Positions 29,717 to 39,905 of a stretch of 64,000 nt of DNA are shown here, piece after piece. Location: the IMG/VR virus record IMGVR_UViG_3300020810_001175, positions 20,280-84,279 of that record. One strand, given 5' to 3'. Each line of letters opens with the position of its first letter. Position 1 is the first letter of the stretch. The notes beneath the pieces are model-generated. The model was given only the letters and a program-made list of their open reading frames with translations. It had not been told where the DNA came from and searched no databases. The stretch is from a virus. A program made the translations under genes and the position numbers.

Positions 29717-30694
29717 ATGGCAAACAAATATGATTATTTTAATGTTGAAAAAGCAAAAATCAATCTAAAAAATAGAAAAGAAGAAATATACAATCATTAT
29801 AATATTAGATATAACACTCCTGAAAAGATATTCATTGAATGTACTAATTTATGTAATGCAAGATGTACTTTTTGTTTTTATAAAAATAAAGCAGATGCCG
29901 GTTTTCCTAAAAAAATTATGTCGATTGATAATTTCAAAAATATAATCGAACAATACACATCTATAGGAGGCAAACATCTTGGATTAACTCCTACCCTTGC
30001 TGATCCTTTAACTGATCCGTTATTTGCTGAAAGATTACAATATCTCGATACTACTAAAATTGAAACCTTAGATTTTTATACAAATTTGATAAGTTTTGGT
30101 CCAAAAGTTCAAGAAGCAGTTCGAAATTATAAAAGTAGTTTAACAATTAAAATTTCATTCACAGGATTTAATAAGCCAATGTATGATAAATTTATGGGCG
30201 TGGATAAATTTGACACAGTGATAGAAAATATCGATAAATTAGCGAACATAGTACGTGGTAAAAAGAATGTACGTTATGACGTTATAATGAGATCATATGT
30301 CAACGATCAAAAAGAAAAAAAAGATTTAGAACATAAATTTAAAAAATCAAAAATTCCATTTACTATAATGAATGATGGCTTTGATACCTGGGGAGGATTA
30401 TTAGAAGAACAATTAAAAGCAGACAAAGATATAAAAATTAGAGAACGTTTACCTAGAGTAGGTCCTTGTAGAGTAAGTTATATAAAGCCAGGTATTACGG
30501 TAGACGGTGATTTTAAAATATGTGATTGTAGAGATGTGTTCGATAAGTTAGTTGTGGGTAATGTCTTTAAACAAACTATTAAAGAAATTTGGCAAGGACA
30601 AACTATTAAAGATTTGCGTAAAAAATTTTTTACTCCTGAATCATTACCTGAAGTTTGTCAAAATTGTGAAATATACGATAGCATATACAAATAA
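29717..30694 (+). CDS. Radical SAM protein with SPASM/twitch domain
   Basis: CNARCTFC (CxxxCxxC); C-terminal C...DG..ICDC...GN..EIW...CQNC. Confidence 0.88.
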   Translation: MANKYDYFNVEKAKINLKNRKEEIYNHYNIRYNTPEKIFIECTNLCNARCTFCFYKNKADAGFPKKIMSIDNFKNIIEQYTSIGGKHLGLTPTLADPLTDPLFAERLQYLDTTKIETLDFYTNLISFGPKVQEAVRNYKSSLTIKISFTGFNKPMYDKFMGVDKFDTVIENIDKLANIVRGKKNVRYDVIMRSYVNDQKEKKDLEHKFKKSKIPFTIMNDGFDTWGGLLEEQLKADKDIKIRERLPRVGPCRVSYIKPGITVDGDFKICDCRDVFDKLVVGNVFKQTIKEIWQGQTIKDLRKKFFTPESLPEVCQNCEIYDSIYK

Positions 30695-30695
30695 A

Positions 30696-31301
30696 ATGAA
30701 AATTTATCAATACAAAGACTATAACGAATATAAAAAAGCACAGGTAGATGCAAACGTAAAAAAACTTAAAAATGTATGGGTTCAAGAATCTACTATACAT
30801 CAAATAAAAAATTTTAAGACAGATGCTACACAAATATTATGTCACGGTGTACGTAATGGTAAAGAATTAGAATTTTTTCAAAAGTATTATCCATCGTCTC
30901 AGATTATAGGAACAGAAATATCGCACACAGCAAAACAATTTAAAAATGTTGTAGAGTGGGATTTTCATAATGAGAAAGAAGAATGGAAAAATAAATTTGA
31001 TATAGTTTACTCTAATAGTTGGGATCATAGTTACGATCCAACAAAAAGTTTATCTGCATGGAAAGATCAATTAACAAATAATGGACATATATTTTTAGAA
31101 CACGCTTACGAACCTAATCATAATAAAGCGAAAATTACAGATCCATTAGAAATTTATCATGAAGAAATAATAAAATTGTCTATAGAATTAGGACTAATTT
31201 ATGTAGATACTTTAACAGTACACGCAACCGAAGTGCGATACAAATCAAAAAAAACTGTAGATAGATATAAATCAAGAGTTTATATTTTTGGAAAAAAATG
31301 A
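30696..31301 (+). CDS. Putative methyltransferase
   Basis: LCHGVRNGKE, DFH, FDIVYSNSWDH. Confidence 0.6.
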   Translation: MKIYQYKDYNEYKKAQVDANVKKLKNVWVQESTIHQIKNFKTDATQILCHGVRNGKELEFFQKYYPSSQIIGTEISHTAKQFKNVVEWDFHNEKEEWKNKFDIVYSNSWDHSYDPTKSLSAWKDQLTNNGHIFLEHAYEPNHNKAKITDPLEIYHEEIIKLSIELGLIYVDTLTVHATEVRYKSKKTVDRYKSRVYIFGKK

Positions 31302-31963
31302 AAGCATTCATAATAACATTGATGAAAGACGTTTGGAGTTTGTCATATGCTGAACGTTGTTTACAAAGTATACAAGAAACAGAAAGCGATTTGGAAGCCA
31401 CGCTGTTCGAGGCTACTACTCCAGAAACAATTTTTCCAGTTGCTTGGACTTGGCCTACAGGCAAAAAAATAACTTGTCCTAAAACAAATTTGTTACTAAA
31501 ACCATATAAAACTTACGATAATAATAAAAGAATAGCCGCGGCACAAAGTCATTTTAGACTATGGCAAATGTGTGTGTCAATGAATGAACCTATTATGATA
31601 TTGGAACATGATGCACTCTTTACACGTAAATTTACAGAACCAAAACTATTTGACAATGTGGGAGCATACAGCATTAACGATCCCAGAGGATCCACATTTA
31701 AAGCAGAGGACTATCATAATGGTTTACAAGAAGGCTTTAACAATGTTCCGTGGGTAGCATCTAAAAACATACCACAAGGATTACCAGGACACTCTGCATA
31801 TGTAATAACACCTTGGGCGGCTAAAGATATAATTGAAAAACAAGACAGCATTGGTTGGTGGCCCAACGATGCAATTATGTGCAGTCAATTGTGTGGATGG
31901 TTGTTTGTGTACAAGCCATATTTTACCAAAACACAAGGCATCAAATCTACCACATCATTGTAA
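31298..31963 (+). CDS. Glycosyltransferase family 25
   Basis: SHFRLW, ILEHDA, GHSAYVITPWAAK, PND. Confidence 0.8.
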   Translation: MKAFIITLMKDVWSLSYAERCLQSIQETESDLEATLFEATTPETIFPVAWTWPTGKKITCPKTNLLLKPYKTYDNNKRIAAAQSHFRLWQMCVSMNEPIMILEHDALFTRKFTEPKLFDNVGAYSINDPRGSTFKAEDYHNGLQEGFNNVPWVASKNIPQGLPGHSAYVITPWAAKDIIEKQDSIGWWPNDAIMCSQLCGWLFVYKPYFTKTQGIKSTTSL

Positions 31964-31995
31964 ATACCTCCAATAAATATTTCAAAAGGATTCCA

Positions 31996-32718
31996 ATGAA
32001 AATTTTAGTTACAGGACACAATGGCTTTATCGGCACACAATTAGTAAAAAGATTACAACAAGACAATCACGAAATAGTTGGCATAGACAAAAAATCTGAT
32101 ACAGATATTAACTCAAGCGACTTGCCTAAAGTGGATTTAGTCATACATCTAGCAGGTATAGGCGGTGTGAGAGAATCTATGAAAGATCCAAAAAAATATT
32201 GGGACAACAATGTAGAAGGTACAAAAAGAATTTTAGCACACTATCAAAACACAAGAGTACTATTTGCCAGTTCAAGTTCACAATATGATCCATGGAGAAA
32301 TCCTTATGCGGCATCTAAACACGTAATAGAATACATACCGCACCCCAACTGCGTGGCAATGAGATTTCACACAGTGTATTCAGACAAAGCCAGATCAGGA
32401 ATGTTTTTTGACAAATTGCAACAAGGTACATTGGAATATGTAACAGAACATACAAGAGATTTTGTACACGTAGAAGATGTTTGCGAAGCAGTAATGTGTT
32501 TAATGAAATCAGATTTTAAAGGTCCTATTGATATTGGAACAGGAGAAAGTGTGCGTATTGTAGACATAGCACCCAACTTACCTATCAAAGAAGGTATGCC
32601 TGGCGAACGTCCGCACACACTTGCAGACCCAACAAAAATGAAAGAATTAGGTTGGGAACCAAAATGGAGTGTGAAAAAATTCTTAGACTCTCAAGGATTT
32701 GAACACAATATAAAATGA
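31996..32718 (+). CDS. NAD-dependent epimerase/dehydratase
   Basis: VTGHNGFIG, IHLAG, ASSSS, PYAASK, RDFVHV. Confidence 0.88.
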   Translation: MKILVTGHNGFIGTQLVKRLQQDNHEIVGIDKKSDTDINSSDLPKVDLVIHLAGIGGVRESMKDPKKYWDNNVEGTKRILAHYQNTRVLFASSSSQYDPWRNPYAASKHVIEYIPHPNCVAMRFHTVYSDKARSGMFFDKLQQGTLEYVTEHTRDFVHVEDVCEAVMCLMKSDFKGPIDIGTGESVRIVDIAPNLPIKEGMPGERPHTLADPTKMKELGWEPKWSVKKFLDSQGFEHNIK

Positions 32719-33065
32719 AGTCAGGAAAGATTTGGGGCAAAACAGAATTAATCCATGCTAATGGTGTATTGGAATTTCATCGCATAGAATTTAAAGCAGG
32801 GTACAAGTGTTCAGAACACAAACACAAATATAAGTGGAATGGATTCTTTGTTGAGTCGGGCAAGATGATTGTACGTGTTTGGCAAGATGCTGATCAACAA
32901 GGACTAGTTGACGAAACAATTTTAAATGCTGGAGATTACACCACAGTTAAACCGGGCAAGTTTCATCAGTTCGAAGGAGTCGAAGACGGTGTTGCTTTTG
33001 AATTATACTGGGCAGAATTCAATCATGACGATATAGAGCGTAGAACTATTGGAACTAAATCATGA
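32715..33065 (+). CDS. Cupin-domain protein
   Basis: GKIWG, CSEHKH..KWNGFFVESG, PGKFHQF. Confidence 0.7.
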   Translation: MKSGKIWGKTELIHANGVLEFHRIEFKAGYKCSEHKHKYKWNGFFVESGKMIVRVWQDADQQGLVDETILNAGDYTTVKPGKFHQFEGVEDGVAFELYWAEFNHDDIERRTIGTKS

Positions 33066-33742
33066 AAATATATGTAGGGTACGACACAAGAGAAGACATT
33101 GCCTATCAAGTGTGCGAACATTCGATATATACTCATTCTAAAGAAGCGGAAGTGATGCCTCTCAATCAAGAACAACTACGCAAAGACAAATGGTATTGGA
33201 GAGAGTTAGATAAATTGGCTTCTACAGAATTTACATTCACAAGATTTTTAATACCAGCATTAGAAAATTATAAAGGTTGGGCATTGTTCTGCGATTCAGA
33301 CATTGTTTTTATGAAAGATATTAAAGAATTGTTTGATTGTGTAGACAACAAATATGCTGTGATGTGTGTTCAACACGATTACACACCAAAGCCTGGAATT
33401 AAAATGGATGGTCAAAAACAAACGTTATATCCAAGAAAAAATTGGAGTTCGATGGTGTTGTGGAACTGTGGACACCCTTCAAATGAAAAAGTCACAGTTG
33501 ATTTAGTAAACAATCCTAATTATGACGGAGCATACTTTCACAGATTTAGTTGGCTCAAAGACGAAGAAATTGGTTCGCTCAGTCATGAATGGAATTGGCT
33601 TGTGGGATGGTACAAATCTCCACAAGATGGTGAGCCCAAAGCCTTGCACTATACTGAAGGCGGCCCGTGGTTTAAAAACTATAGACACTGCGAATATGGA
33701 GATGTTTGGAAAAAATATCTAGCAGAAATGATGAACAAATGA
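33062..33742 (+). CDS. GT-A glycosyltransferase
   Basis: GYDTRE, STEFTFTRFLIP, FCDSD, YPRKNWSS, HYTEGGPW. Confidence 0.8.
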   Translation: MKIYVGYDTREDIAYQVCEHSIYTHSKEAEVMPLNQEQLRKDKWYWRELDKLASTEFTFTRFLIPALENYKGWALFCDSDIVFMKDIKELFDCVDNKYAVMCVQHDYTPKPGIKMDGQKQTLYPRKNWSSMVLWNCGHPSNEKVTVDLVNNPNYDGAYFHRFSWLKDEEIGSLSHEWNWLVGWYKSPQDGEPKALHYTEGGPWFKNYRHCEYGDVWKKYLAEMMNK

Positions 33743-33743
33743 T

Positions 33744-34541
33744 ATGCACTATGCTTTTGACAAACAAGATGAAATACTACAACACTGGGTTAGAGGCCTA
33801 GGCTGTCATCATCTTCCTTACGAAGCAATCAAAAAACTACCGATAGAAAACACAGTAAGTTTTAGAAGTTTAGCCAAAAGAAAAATTATAAACGATTGTA
33901 AAAAATCTGGTCGAACATTTTATTATATAGACACAGGTTATGTGGGAAATTTAATCAAAAAGAAATTGTATCACAGAGTAGTAAAGAATGACGTACAACA
34001 TAGCATAGTTTTTAATGTGCCTGATGATCGTTGGCAAAAAATTAAAAGAACTAGTCCAGAATTAGAATTTGTTGACTGGAGAAAGAATCACAAAGGAAAA
34101 ATATTACTGGTTACTCCGAGCGAAAAGCCTTGTAAATTTTATAATATTGACAGAAATCAATGGGTGGAGAATACTGTTGCAGAATTAAAAAAATATACAG
34201 ATAGAGAAATTATTATTAGAGATAAAGGCAAACGCCATGAAAGAGTTGGTGCTGGCAGTGTTCCTTGGTATCTTATTAAAGAAAAAATTTATGCCACAGT
34301 GACCTATCAATCAATTGCGGCGATAGAAAGTGTTTGTGTAGGAGTACCTGCTTTTACCATGCAGAAGACAGCGGCTGATTCTGTAACTTCACAAGATTTA
34401 AGTAAAATTGAATCACCATTTTATCCATCTAAACATCAGGTTGAAAAATGGCAACACTGGTTGGCTTATTGTCAATACCACATTAAAGAATTAGGCACAG
34501 GTGAAGCAGTAAGAATTATGGAGGCACACGGACTATTATGA
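33744..34541 (+). CDS. Capsule-biosynthesis (KpsC/KpsS-like) GT-B protein
   Basis: YIDTGY, TDREIIIR, VTYQSIAAIESVCVGVP. Confidence 0.5.
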   Translation: MHYAFDKQDEILQHWVRGLGCHHLPYEAIKKLPIENTVSFRSLAKRKIINDCKKSGRTFYYIDTGYVGNLIKKKLYHRVVKNDVQHSIVFNVPDDRWQKIKRTSPELEFVDWRKNHKGKILLVTPSEKPCKFYNIDRNQWVENTVAELKKYTDREIIIRDKGKRHERVGAGSVPWYLIKEKIYATVTYQSIAAIESVCVGVPAFTMQKTAADSVTSQDLSKIESPFYPSKHQVEKWQHWLAYCQYHIKELGTGEAVRIMEAHGLL

Positions 34542-35485
34542 TAAGTGTTGTTGGATATATGAAAGTTATTCCTCCTGGAAATAAAAAATTACAAAAGCCT
34601 TTGATTATTAAAAATTTTATTGAAGGTGTTAATAGATGTGGAGATAGAGGGATAATCAGTAATGGTTGGACAATAGTTCCTAGCGATATAGCAGTGTTAC
34701 AAGGATTTGTACACCAACAACCACAAAAGCATAGACATCTCATGTTGCGTAAAAGTGTGTACGAAGAGCAACAAAAAAGAAACAAACGCACAATGATTGT
34801 TGACAGTAGTTTGTTTTTGTATGCTGATCCAACACAATCTAAAAATTATCTACGTTATGGTTATGATGGAATATTTCCTAATACAGCAGAATATTGTTAT
34901 GATAACCCAGACCCATTGCGTTGGGAATTAATCAAAAAAGATTTAGGTATAGATTTAAAACCATGGAGATTGGGTGGTGGCAAATACATTTTAGTTTGCT
35001 GTCAAAGAGACGGTGGTTGGAGTATGGGTGGTTTAAAAGTAAACGTATGGCTACAACACACAATACAAGAAATAAGAAAATTTACTAAAAAAGAAATTAG
35101 AATAAGATTTCATCCCGGTGATAAAATGTCTGTTCAATGGAAATCGCTTGTGCGTCAATGGATTAACTCTGGACAACCACAATATACCAATATTGTTATA
35201 AGTGGGGCCAAGGACTTGCGTGATGAATTTGTTCACGCTCAAGCAGTTGTAGGTCATAACTCTAGTCCTACTGTGGCATCAGTAATAGAAGGAATACCAA
35301 CACTGGTAACAGATCCAGATAGAGCTCAGATTAAAGGAGTCAATTTAGAAAAGTGGGAAGACCTTGAAAATCCAAAAGAATTTGATAGAGAACTTTGGAT
35401 TAGACGAATAGCACAAATACACTGGACATTGGATGAAGTAAAATCGGGCTTGGCTTGGCAACACCTAAAAAAATATGTAAAATGA
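34538..35485 (+). CDS. Capsule-biosynthesis (KpsC/KpsS-like) GT-B protein
   Basis: LKPWR, CCQRDG, IRFHPG, HNSSPTVASVIEGIP, HWTLDE. Confidence 0.5.
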   Translation: MISVVGYMKVIPPGNKKLQKPLIIKNFIEGVNRCGDRGIISNGWTIVPSDIAVLQGFVHQQPQKHRHLMLRKSVYEEQQKRNKRTMIVDSSLFLYADPTQSKNYLRYGYDGIFPNTAEYCYDNPDPLRWELIKKDLGIDLKPWRLGGGKYILVCCQRDGGWSMGGLKVNVWLQHTIQEIRKFTKKEIRIRFHPGDKMSVQWKSLVRQWINSGQPQYTNIVISGAKDLRDEFVHAQAVVGHNSSPTVASVIEGIPTLVTDPDRAQIKGVNLEKWEDLENPKEFDRELWIRRIAQIHWTLDEVKSGLAWQHLKKYVK

Positions 35486-36318
35486 TTAAAGTATTAACAA
35501 CATTTCATAAACCTGGATTAGATTTATATGGGCAAAGATTCTTAGATAGTTTTGCTCGTAATGTGGATAAACAAATTAAATTACTGGTGTATGCAGAAAA
35601 TTGTTCACCAGTAAATCCGGATTCATCTCAAATTGAAATTATTGATGCAAAAGAATTAATCAAACTTAATCAATTTAAAGCACGTTGGGGGAATGTACCT
35701 AAAGCAAATGGTAAATGTCCTTTTCCGGAAAAACGTCCAAGAGATCATCACAAAGAATTTAAATGGGACGCTGTAAGATTTGCCAACAAAGTATATGCTG
35801 TGTTTGATGCTGTAAATCGAACAGAAGATGGATGGACTGTATGGATGGATGGAGATACCTATGTACACTCTGCTATTTCATATGATCAATTTCAAAATTT
35901 ATTACCCAATGATAAATGGATAACATTTGTAGGCAGAGGTAAAGGATCACAGACTTGGCCTGAATGTGGATTTTACGGATTGAATATTAAAAATGAAACC
36001 TGCAAAAAGTTTTTAAAAGAATTTGAACGTATGTACGAAGACGCAGACAACGGTATATTCAAATTGATTGAATGGCACGACAGTTATGTCTTTGGAGATG
36101 TACTGAATAAACTCACACCTATCGATAAAAATTATTTGGATTATGCTGAAAGTATTTTTAATCAAACAGCAAAAACAGGTGGAGGTGGACATCCGCTGAT
36201 TAATTCAGTTTTAGGAAAATGGTTTGATCATATGAAAGGTGCTAGAAAAAATCAAGGCAAAAGTCAAAAGAAAGATTTGATCTCAAATAGATCAGAGACA
36301 TATTGGAATGAAGTTTAG
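35482..36318 (+). CDS. Putative GT-A glycosyltransferase
   Basis: RFANKVYA, WMDGD, ECGF, EWHDSYVF, DHMKG. Confidence 0.65.
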   Translation: MIKVLTTFHKPGLDLYGQRFLDSFARNVDKQIKLLVYAENCSPVNPDSSQIEIIDAKELIKLNQFKARWGNVPKANGKCPFPEKRPRDHHKEFKWDAVRFANKVYAVFDAVNRTEDGWTVWMDGDTYVHSAISYDQFQNLLPNDKWITFVGRGKGSQTWPECGFYGLNIKNETCKKFLKEFERMYEDADNGIFKLIEWHDSYVFGDVLNKLTPIDKNYLDYAESIFNQTAKTGGGGHPLINSVLGKWFDHMKGARKNQGKSQKKDLISNRSETYWNEV

Positions 36319-37144
36319 TTTGTTTACAGATTACGGTTCTTTAAACAGTCCTCCTGTGTGGGACGCTGTGAAATTAGGACTGTTGAAGTTGGGACACACT
36401 GTAGACGAAAACAATATAGACACAGATATTCCTGTGATATGGTCATTATTGTGGCATGGCAGGATGATAAAAAATAAAATTGTTTGGGACAAATTTAGAT
36501 CACAAAATAAAAAAGTTTTAGTTATAGAAGTGGGCGGTATCAAAAGAAATTCAACTTGGAAAGTTGGTATCAACGGCATTAATAGACTGGCAGACTTTGG
36601 TCCTAAAAATAATGATGACACAAGAGTTGCACAATTAGGATTAGACATAAGACCTTGGCGCACTCAAGGAGAACATATATTGTTGTGCTTACAACACGAC
36701 AAAAGTGAACAGTGGAAAAATATGCCACCATTAGAACAATATGTATTAGAAACTGTTCAACGTTTACGACAGCACACTGATCGAAAAATAATTGTACGAT
36801 CGCATCCTAGATGCATATTACCAGCTCAACTGAGATTGGATAATGTTGTTTATGAAATTCCAAAACAGATTGATAACACATATGATGATTTTGATTTAAA
36901 TTTTTCTAATGCTTGGGCCGTTGTAAGTTGGAGCAGTAATCCAGGCATACACGCTGTACTGAATGGAATCCCTGCATTTGTAGGAGAACAAAGTCTAGCA
37001 TATGACGTTGCCAATCACGATTTCAGCACCATTAACAGCCCAAAGACCCCTGATAGACAGCAATGGCTGAATGATTATGTTCATACTGAGTGGACTACAG
37101 AAGAAATAGCACAAGGTATACCTTTTTCTAGATTGACTTTTTAA
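36308..37144 (+). CDS. Capsule-biosynthesis (KpsC/KpsS-like) GT-B protein
   Basis: IRPWR, CLQHD, VRSHPR, SSNPGIHAVLNGIP, EWTTEEI; paralogue of 34538..35485. Confidence 0.5.
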   Translation: MKFSLFTDYGSLNSPPVWDAVKLGLLKLGHTVDENNIDTDIPVIWSLLWHGRMIKNKIVWDKFRSQNKKVLVIEVGGIKRNSTWKVGINGINRLADFGPKNNDDTRVAQLGLDIRPWRTQGEHILLCLQHDKSEQWKNMPPLEQYVLETVQRLRQHTDRKIIVRSHPRCILPAQLRLDNVVYEIPKQIDNTYDDFDLNFSNAWAVVSWSSNPGIHAVLNGIPAFVGEQSLAYDVANHDFSTINSPKTPDRQQWLNDYVHTEWTTEEIAQGIPFSRLTF

Positions 37145-37161
37145 CCAAAATCCGTTATACT
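37133..37161 (+). promoter_or_regulatory. sigma70-type promoter, leaderless
   Basis: TTGACT-17-TATACT, ATG 6 nt downstream. Confidence 0.7.
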
Positions 37162-37167
37162 TGTGAA

Positions 37168-38451
37168 ATGCGTTCAATCACAATAGAAGAGTGTCTAGAA
37201 TTAATGGCAGGACTATCTGCCAAAGCAATCAATCCTGCGTTCATTGTACTGGATCGTGACAAAAAAATTATTTTCGATATTGCTAAAAAAGTTTATAAAG
37301 GTTCCGCATTAACTGATAGGCAACTAGAAGCAGTCAAAAAAATACTAATCACCAGATATAAATCACAATTCAAAATGCGAGGCATTGACCTGGAGAACAG
37401 TGTTAACACATTAAGGCAACCGTTAAGACATTTGGATAGAAGCGAATATATCAGATTGGAAGATGGATCTGCTTATGTAGAACCATATTGGTCCGGATTT
37501 ATTCCTACCAAAGTTATTGTAATAAGATTTCCGTTCAATATGACTTATACAAAAACAATCAACGAAGTTAGACGTTTACTAGGTCCTACTATTAGCAGAT
37601 ACTATGCTCAAAGATTAAAAGACAAATATATTTTACCTTACACAGAAAAAGTAACGCACAAACTTCTATCAAAATTTAAGAACAAAATCAAAGACATAGA
37701 TCCGATTCTAATCGATGTTTACAATGAATGTGAAAAAATATCAAAAAATCCAGAAAAGTTTGTGCCGGGTATATATGATTATGAGATTAAACACAGTGCC
37801 GATATAATAACTCAACACTATGTCGAATTTTTTGGAGAACCTGTTAAAGAAAATTTATGTTTGTACTATGATAGAAAAGAAAAAATGGGACTTCATTATT
37901 TTGATAACAAAGAACTAGACAGTTCCAAAAGTAATTTATCATCATTATCAAAAAAGATATTAGAACGACAGTGGCCTAGAATCAATTTAGACATAGACAA
38001 GTGGCATCTTCAACAAGTAATCGATACCATAATAGAACTGAGAAGATTTCCTTTATTGGTTGTTTTACCCAGTAATACCGATGAAGACACTCTAAATCAT
38101 CTTCATAAGACACACAAACTTTTTACAAACATTATACCTAGCGATGAAATATCTGTACTGTCAAGGTGCAAAAGCAATTCTGTTTTTGGTAAAGAATTTA
38201 ATGATTACATTAAGGACAAACAATTAAATAATTCACTTGCTAAAACAACAAAAATAGTGTATATTACAAATAAGAAGATACCAAAGCCTTTATTGACTTC
38301 TACTTGGGAACCTGAAGCAGTATTGATATGTGACAACACTAGAAATTATTCTAAGGTTGACAAATATGTGAGTAATATCGATTTACAATTACAAGTCAAC
38401 GGACAAGACAGTTTTTGGAATCAACTACACTTTGGAAGCGAAACACTATGA
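37168..38451 (+). CDS. Hypothetical protein upstream of uvsW
   Basis: 427-aa ORF with its own promoter; LTDRQ motif. Confidence 0.6.
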   Translation: MRSITIEECLELMAGLSAKAINPAFIVLDRDKKIIFDIAKKVYKGSALTDRQLEAVKKILITRYKSQFKMRGIDLENSVNTLRQPLRHLDRSEYIRLEDGSAYVEPYWSGFIPTKVIVIRFPFNMTYTKTINEVRRLLGPTISRYYAQRLKDKYILPYTEKVTHKLLSKFKNKIKDIDPILIDVYNECEKISKNPEKFVPGIYDYEIKHSADIITQHYVEFFGEPVKENLCLYYDRKEKMGLHYFDNKELDSSKSNLSSLSKKILERQWPRINLDIDKWHLQQVIDTIIELRRFPLLVVLPSNTDEDTLNHLHKTHKLFTNIIPSDEISVLSRCKSNSVFGKEFNDYIKDKQLNNSLAKTTKIVYITNKKIPKPLLTSTWEPEAVLICDNTRNYSKVDKYVSNIDLQLQVNGQDSFWNQLHFGSETL

Positions 38452-39905
38452 GATGTAAAATTATTATAAGCGACGAAGTCAATGTAAAAATTGAAGGACT
38501 GCCTGTTGAAGTGCGAAGAAAAATAGCAAACAAATTTAAATTTCAAGTGCCTTATGCTAGATATCTTCCTCAATATAAACTAGGACGTTGGGACGGTACA
38601 GTTGGTTTCTTTGGTCTAGGTGGTAATGGTTATGTCAATCATCTGGACAAGATCATTCAATATCTCAATGAAGCAGGTGTAGAAATCGAAGAAGTCGTAG
38701 ACAAAAGAGAAAAATTTGATCTAACTTTTAGTAAAGTAGACAAAAACTTTTTCGGAAATAAAACGTGGCCCAAAGGACATCAATGCGAAGGACAAAAAAT
38801 CGAATTACGTGACTACCAAGTGGACGTGATTAATAATTTTATCAAGGAGCCACAAAGTTTACAAGAAGTTGCCACAGGTGCTGGTAAAACAATTATCACT
38901 GCGGCATTGAGTAGCATATGTGAAAAGTTTGGAAGAACATTGGTTATTGTGCCTAACAAAGGATTAGTTACACAAACAGAAGAAGATTACATCAACGTAG
39001 GATTAGATGTTGGAGTTTATTTTGGAGATAGAAAAGAATTAAATCGAACACACACTATTTGTACATGGCAAAGTCTTAATGTATTAGATAAAAAATCTAA
39101 AGCAGGAGAATCTGTTTTTAGTTTAGCAGAGTTTTTAGACGGAGTAAAAACTGTTATAATAGATGAAGTGCACCAAGCAAAAGCAGAAGTTTTAAAAAAA
39201 TTACTCACACATCATTTAAAAAATTCCCCTGTTCGTTGGGGTCTAACTGGAACTGTGCCCAAAGAACAATTTGAATTTCAAAGCATCTTAGCCAGCATTG
39301 GTCCAGTTGTTAATCAAATATCAGCAAAAGAATTACAAGACAAAGGAGTGCTATCTAAATGTCATGTAAATGTTGTACAATTGGTAGATACCAACGTGTA
39401 TAAAAATTATCAAGAAGAATTAAAGTTTTTAGTTACAGACGAAAAAAGAATTGAGTATTTAGGTAAACTTGTAAACAAAATAAAATCAAGCGGTAACACA
39501 TTGGTATTAATTGATAGACTTACAGCAGGTAAAAAATTATTAGAAATCATAGATGACAGTGTGTTTATTCAAGGAGAAACCAAATTAGCAGATCGTAAAG
39601 AACAGTATGACGAAATATCTAGCAGTACTAATAAAGTAATTATTGCCACGTACGGTGTAGCCAGTGTGGGAATTAATATTCCTAGAATATTCAATCTTGT
39701 ATTGATTGAGCCAGGCAAATCATTTGTAAGAGTAATTCAATCAATCGGCAGAGGAATACGTAAAGCCAAAGACAAAGACTTTGTACAGATATGGGATTTA
39801 ACTTCAAGTTGTAAATTTGCTAAAAGACATTTAACACACAGAAAAAAATTTTACAAAGAAGCAAATTATCCTTTTACAATAGAGAAAGTGGATTGGACAA
39901 AATGA
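38448..39905 (+). CDS. uvsW: SF2 DNA helicase
   Basis: LRDYQ, ATGAGKT, DEVH, GLTGT, QSIGRGIR. Confidence 0.92.
   Translation: MRCKIIISDEVNVKIEGLPVEVRRKIANKFKFQVPYARYLPQYKLGRWDGTVGFFGLGGNGYVNHLDKIIQYLNEAGVEIEEVVDKREKFDLTFSKVDKNFFGNKTWPKGHQCEGQKIELRDYQVDVINNFIKEPQSLQEVATGAGKTIITAALSSICEKFGRTLVIVPNKGLVTQTEEDYINVGLDVGVYFGDRKELNRTHTICTWQSLNVLDKKSKAGESVFSLAEFLDGVKTVIIDEVHQAKAEVLKKLLTHHLKNSPVRWGLTGTVPKEQFEFQSILASIGPVVNQISAKELQDKGVLSKCHVNVVQLVDTNVYKNYQEELKFLVTDEKRIEYLGKLVNKIKSSGNTLVLIDRLTAGKKLLEIIDDSVFIQGETKLADRKEQYDEISSSTNKVIIATYGVASVGINIPRIFNLVLIEPGKSFVRVIQSIGRGIRKAKDKDFVQIWDLTSSCKFAKRHLTHRKKFYKEANYPFTIEKVDWTK

Noticed and set aside
35562-35570. DnaA box TGTGGATAA
   Set aside because: Isolated and inside a CDS; expected by chance at this composition.
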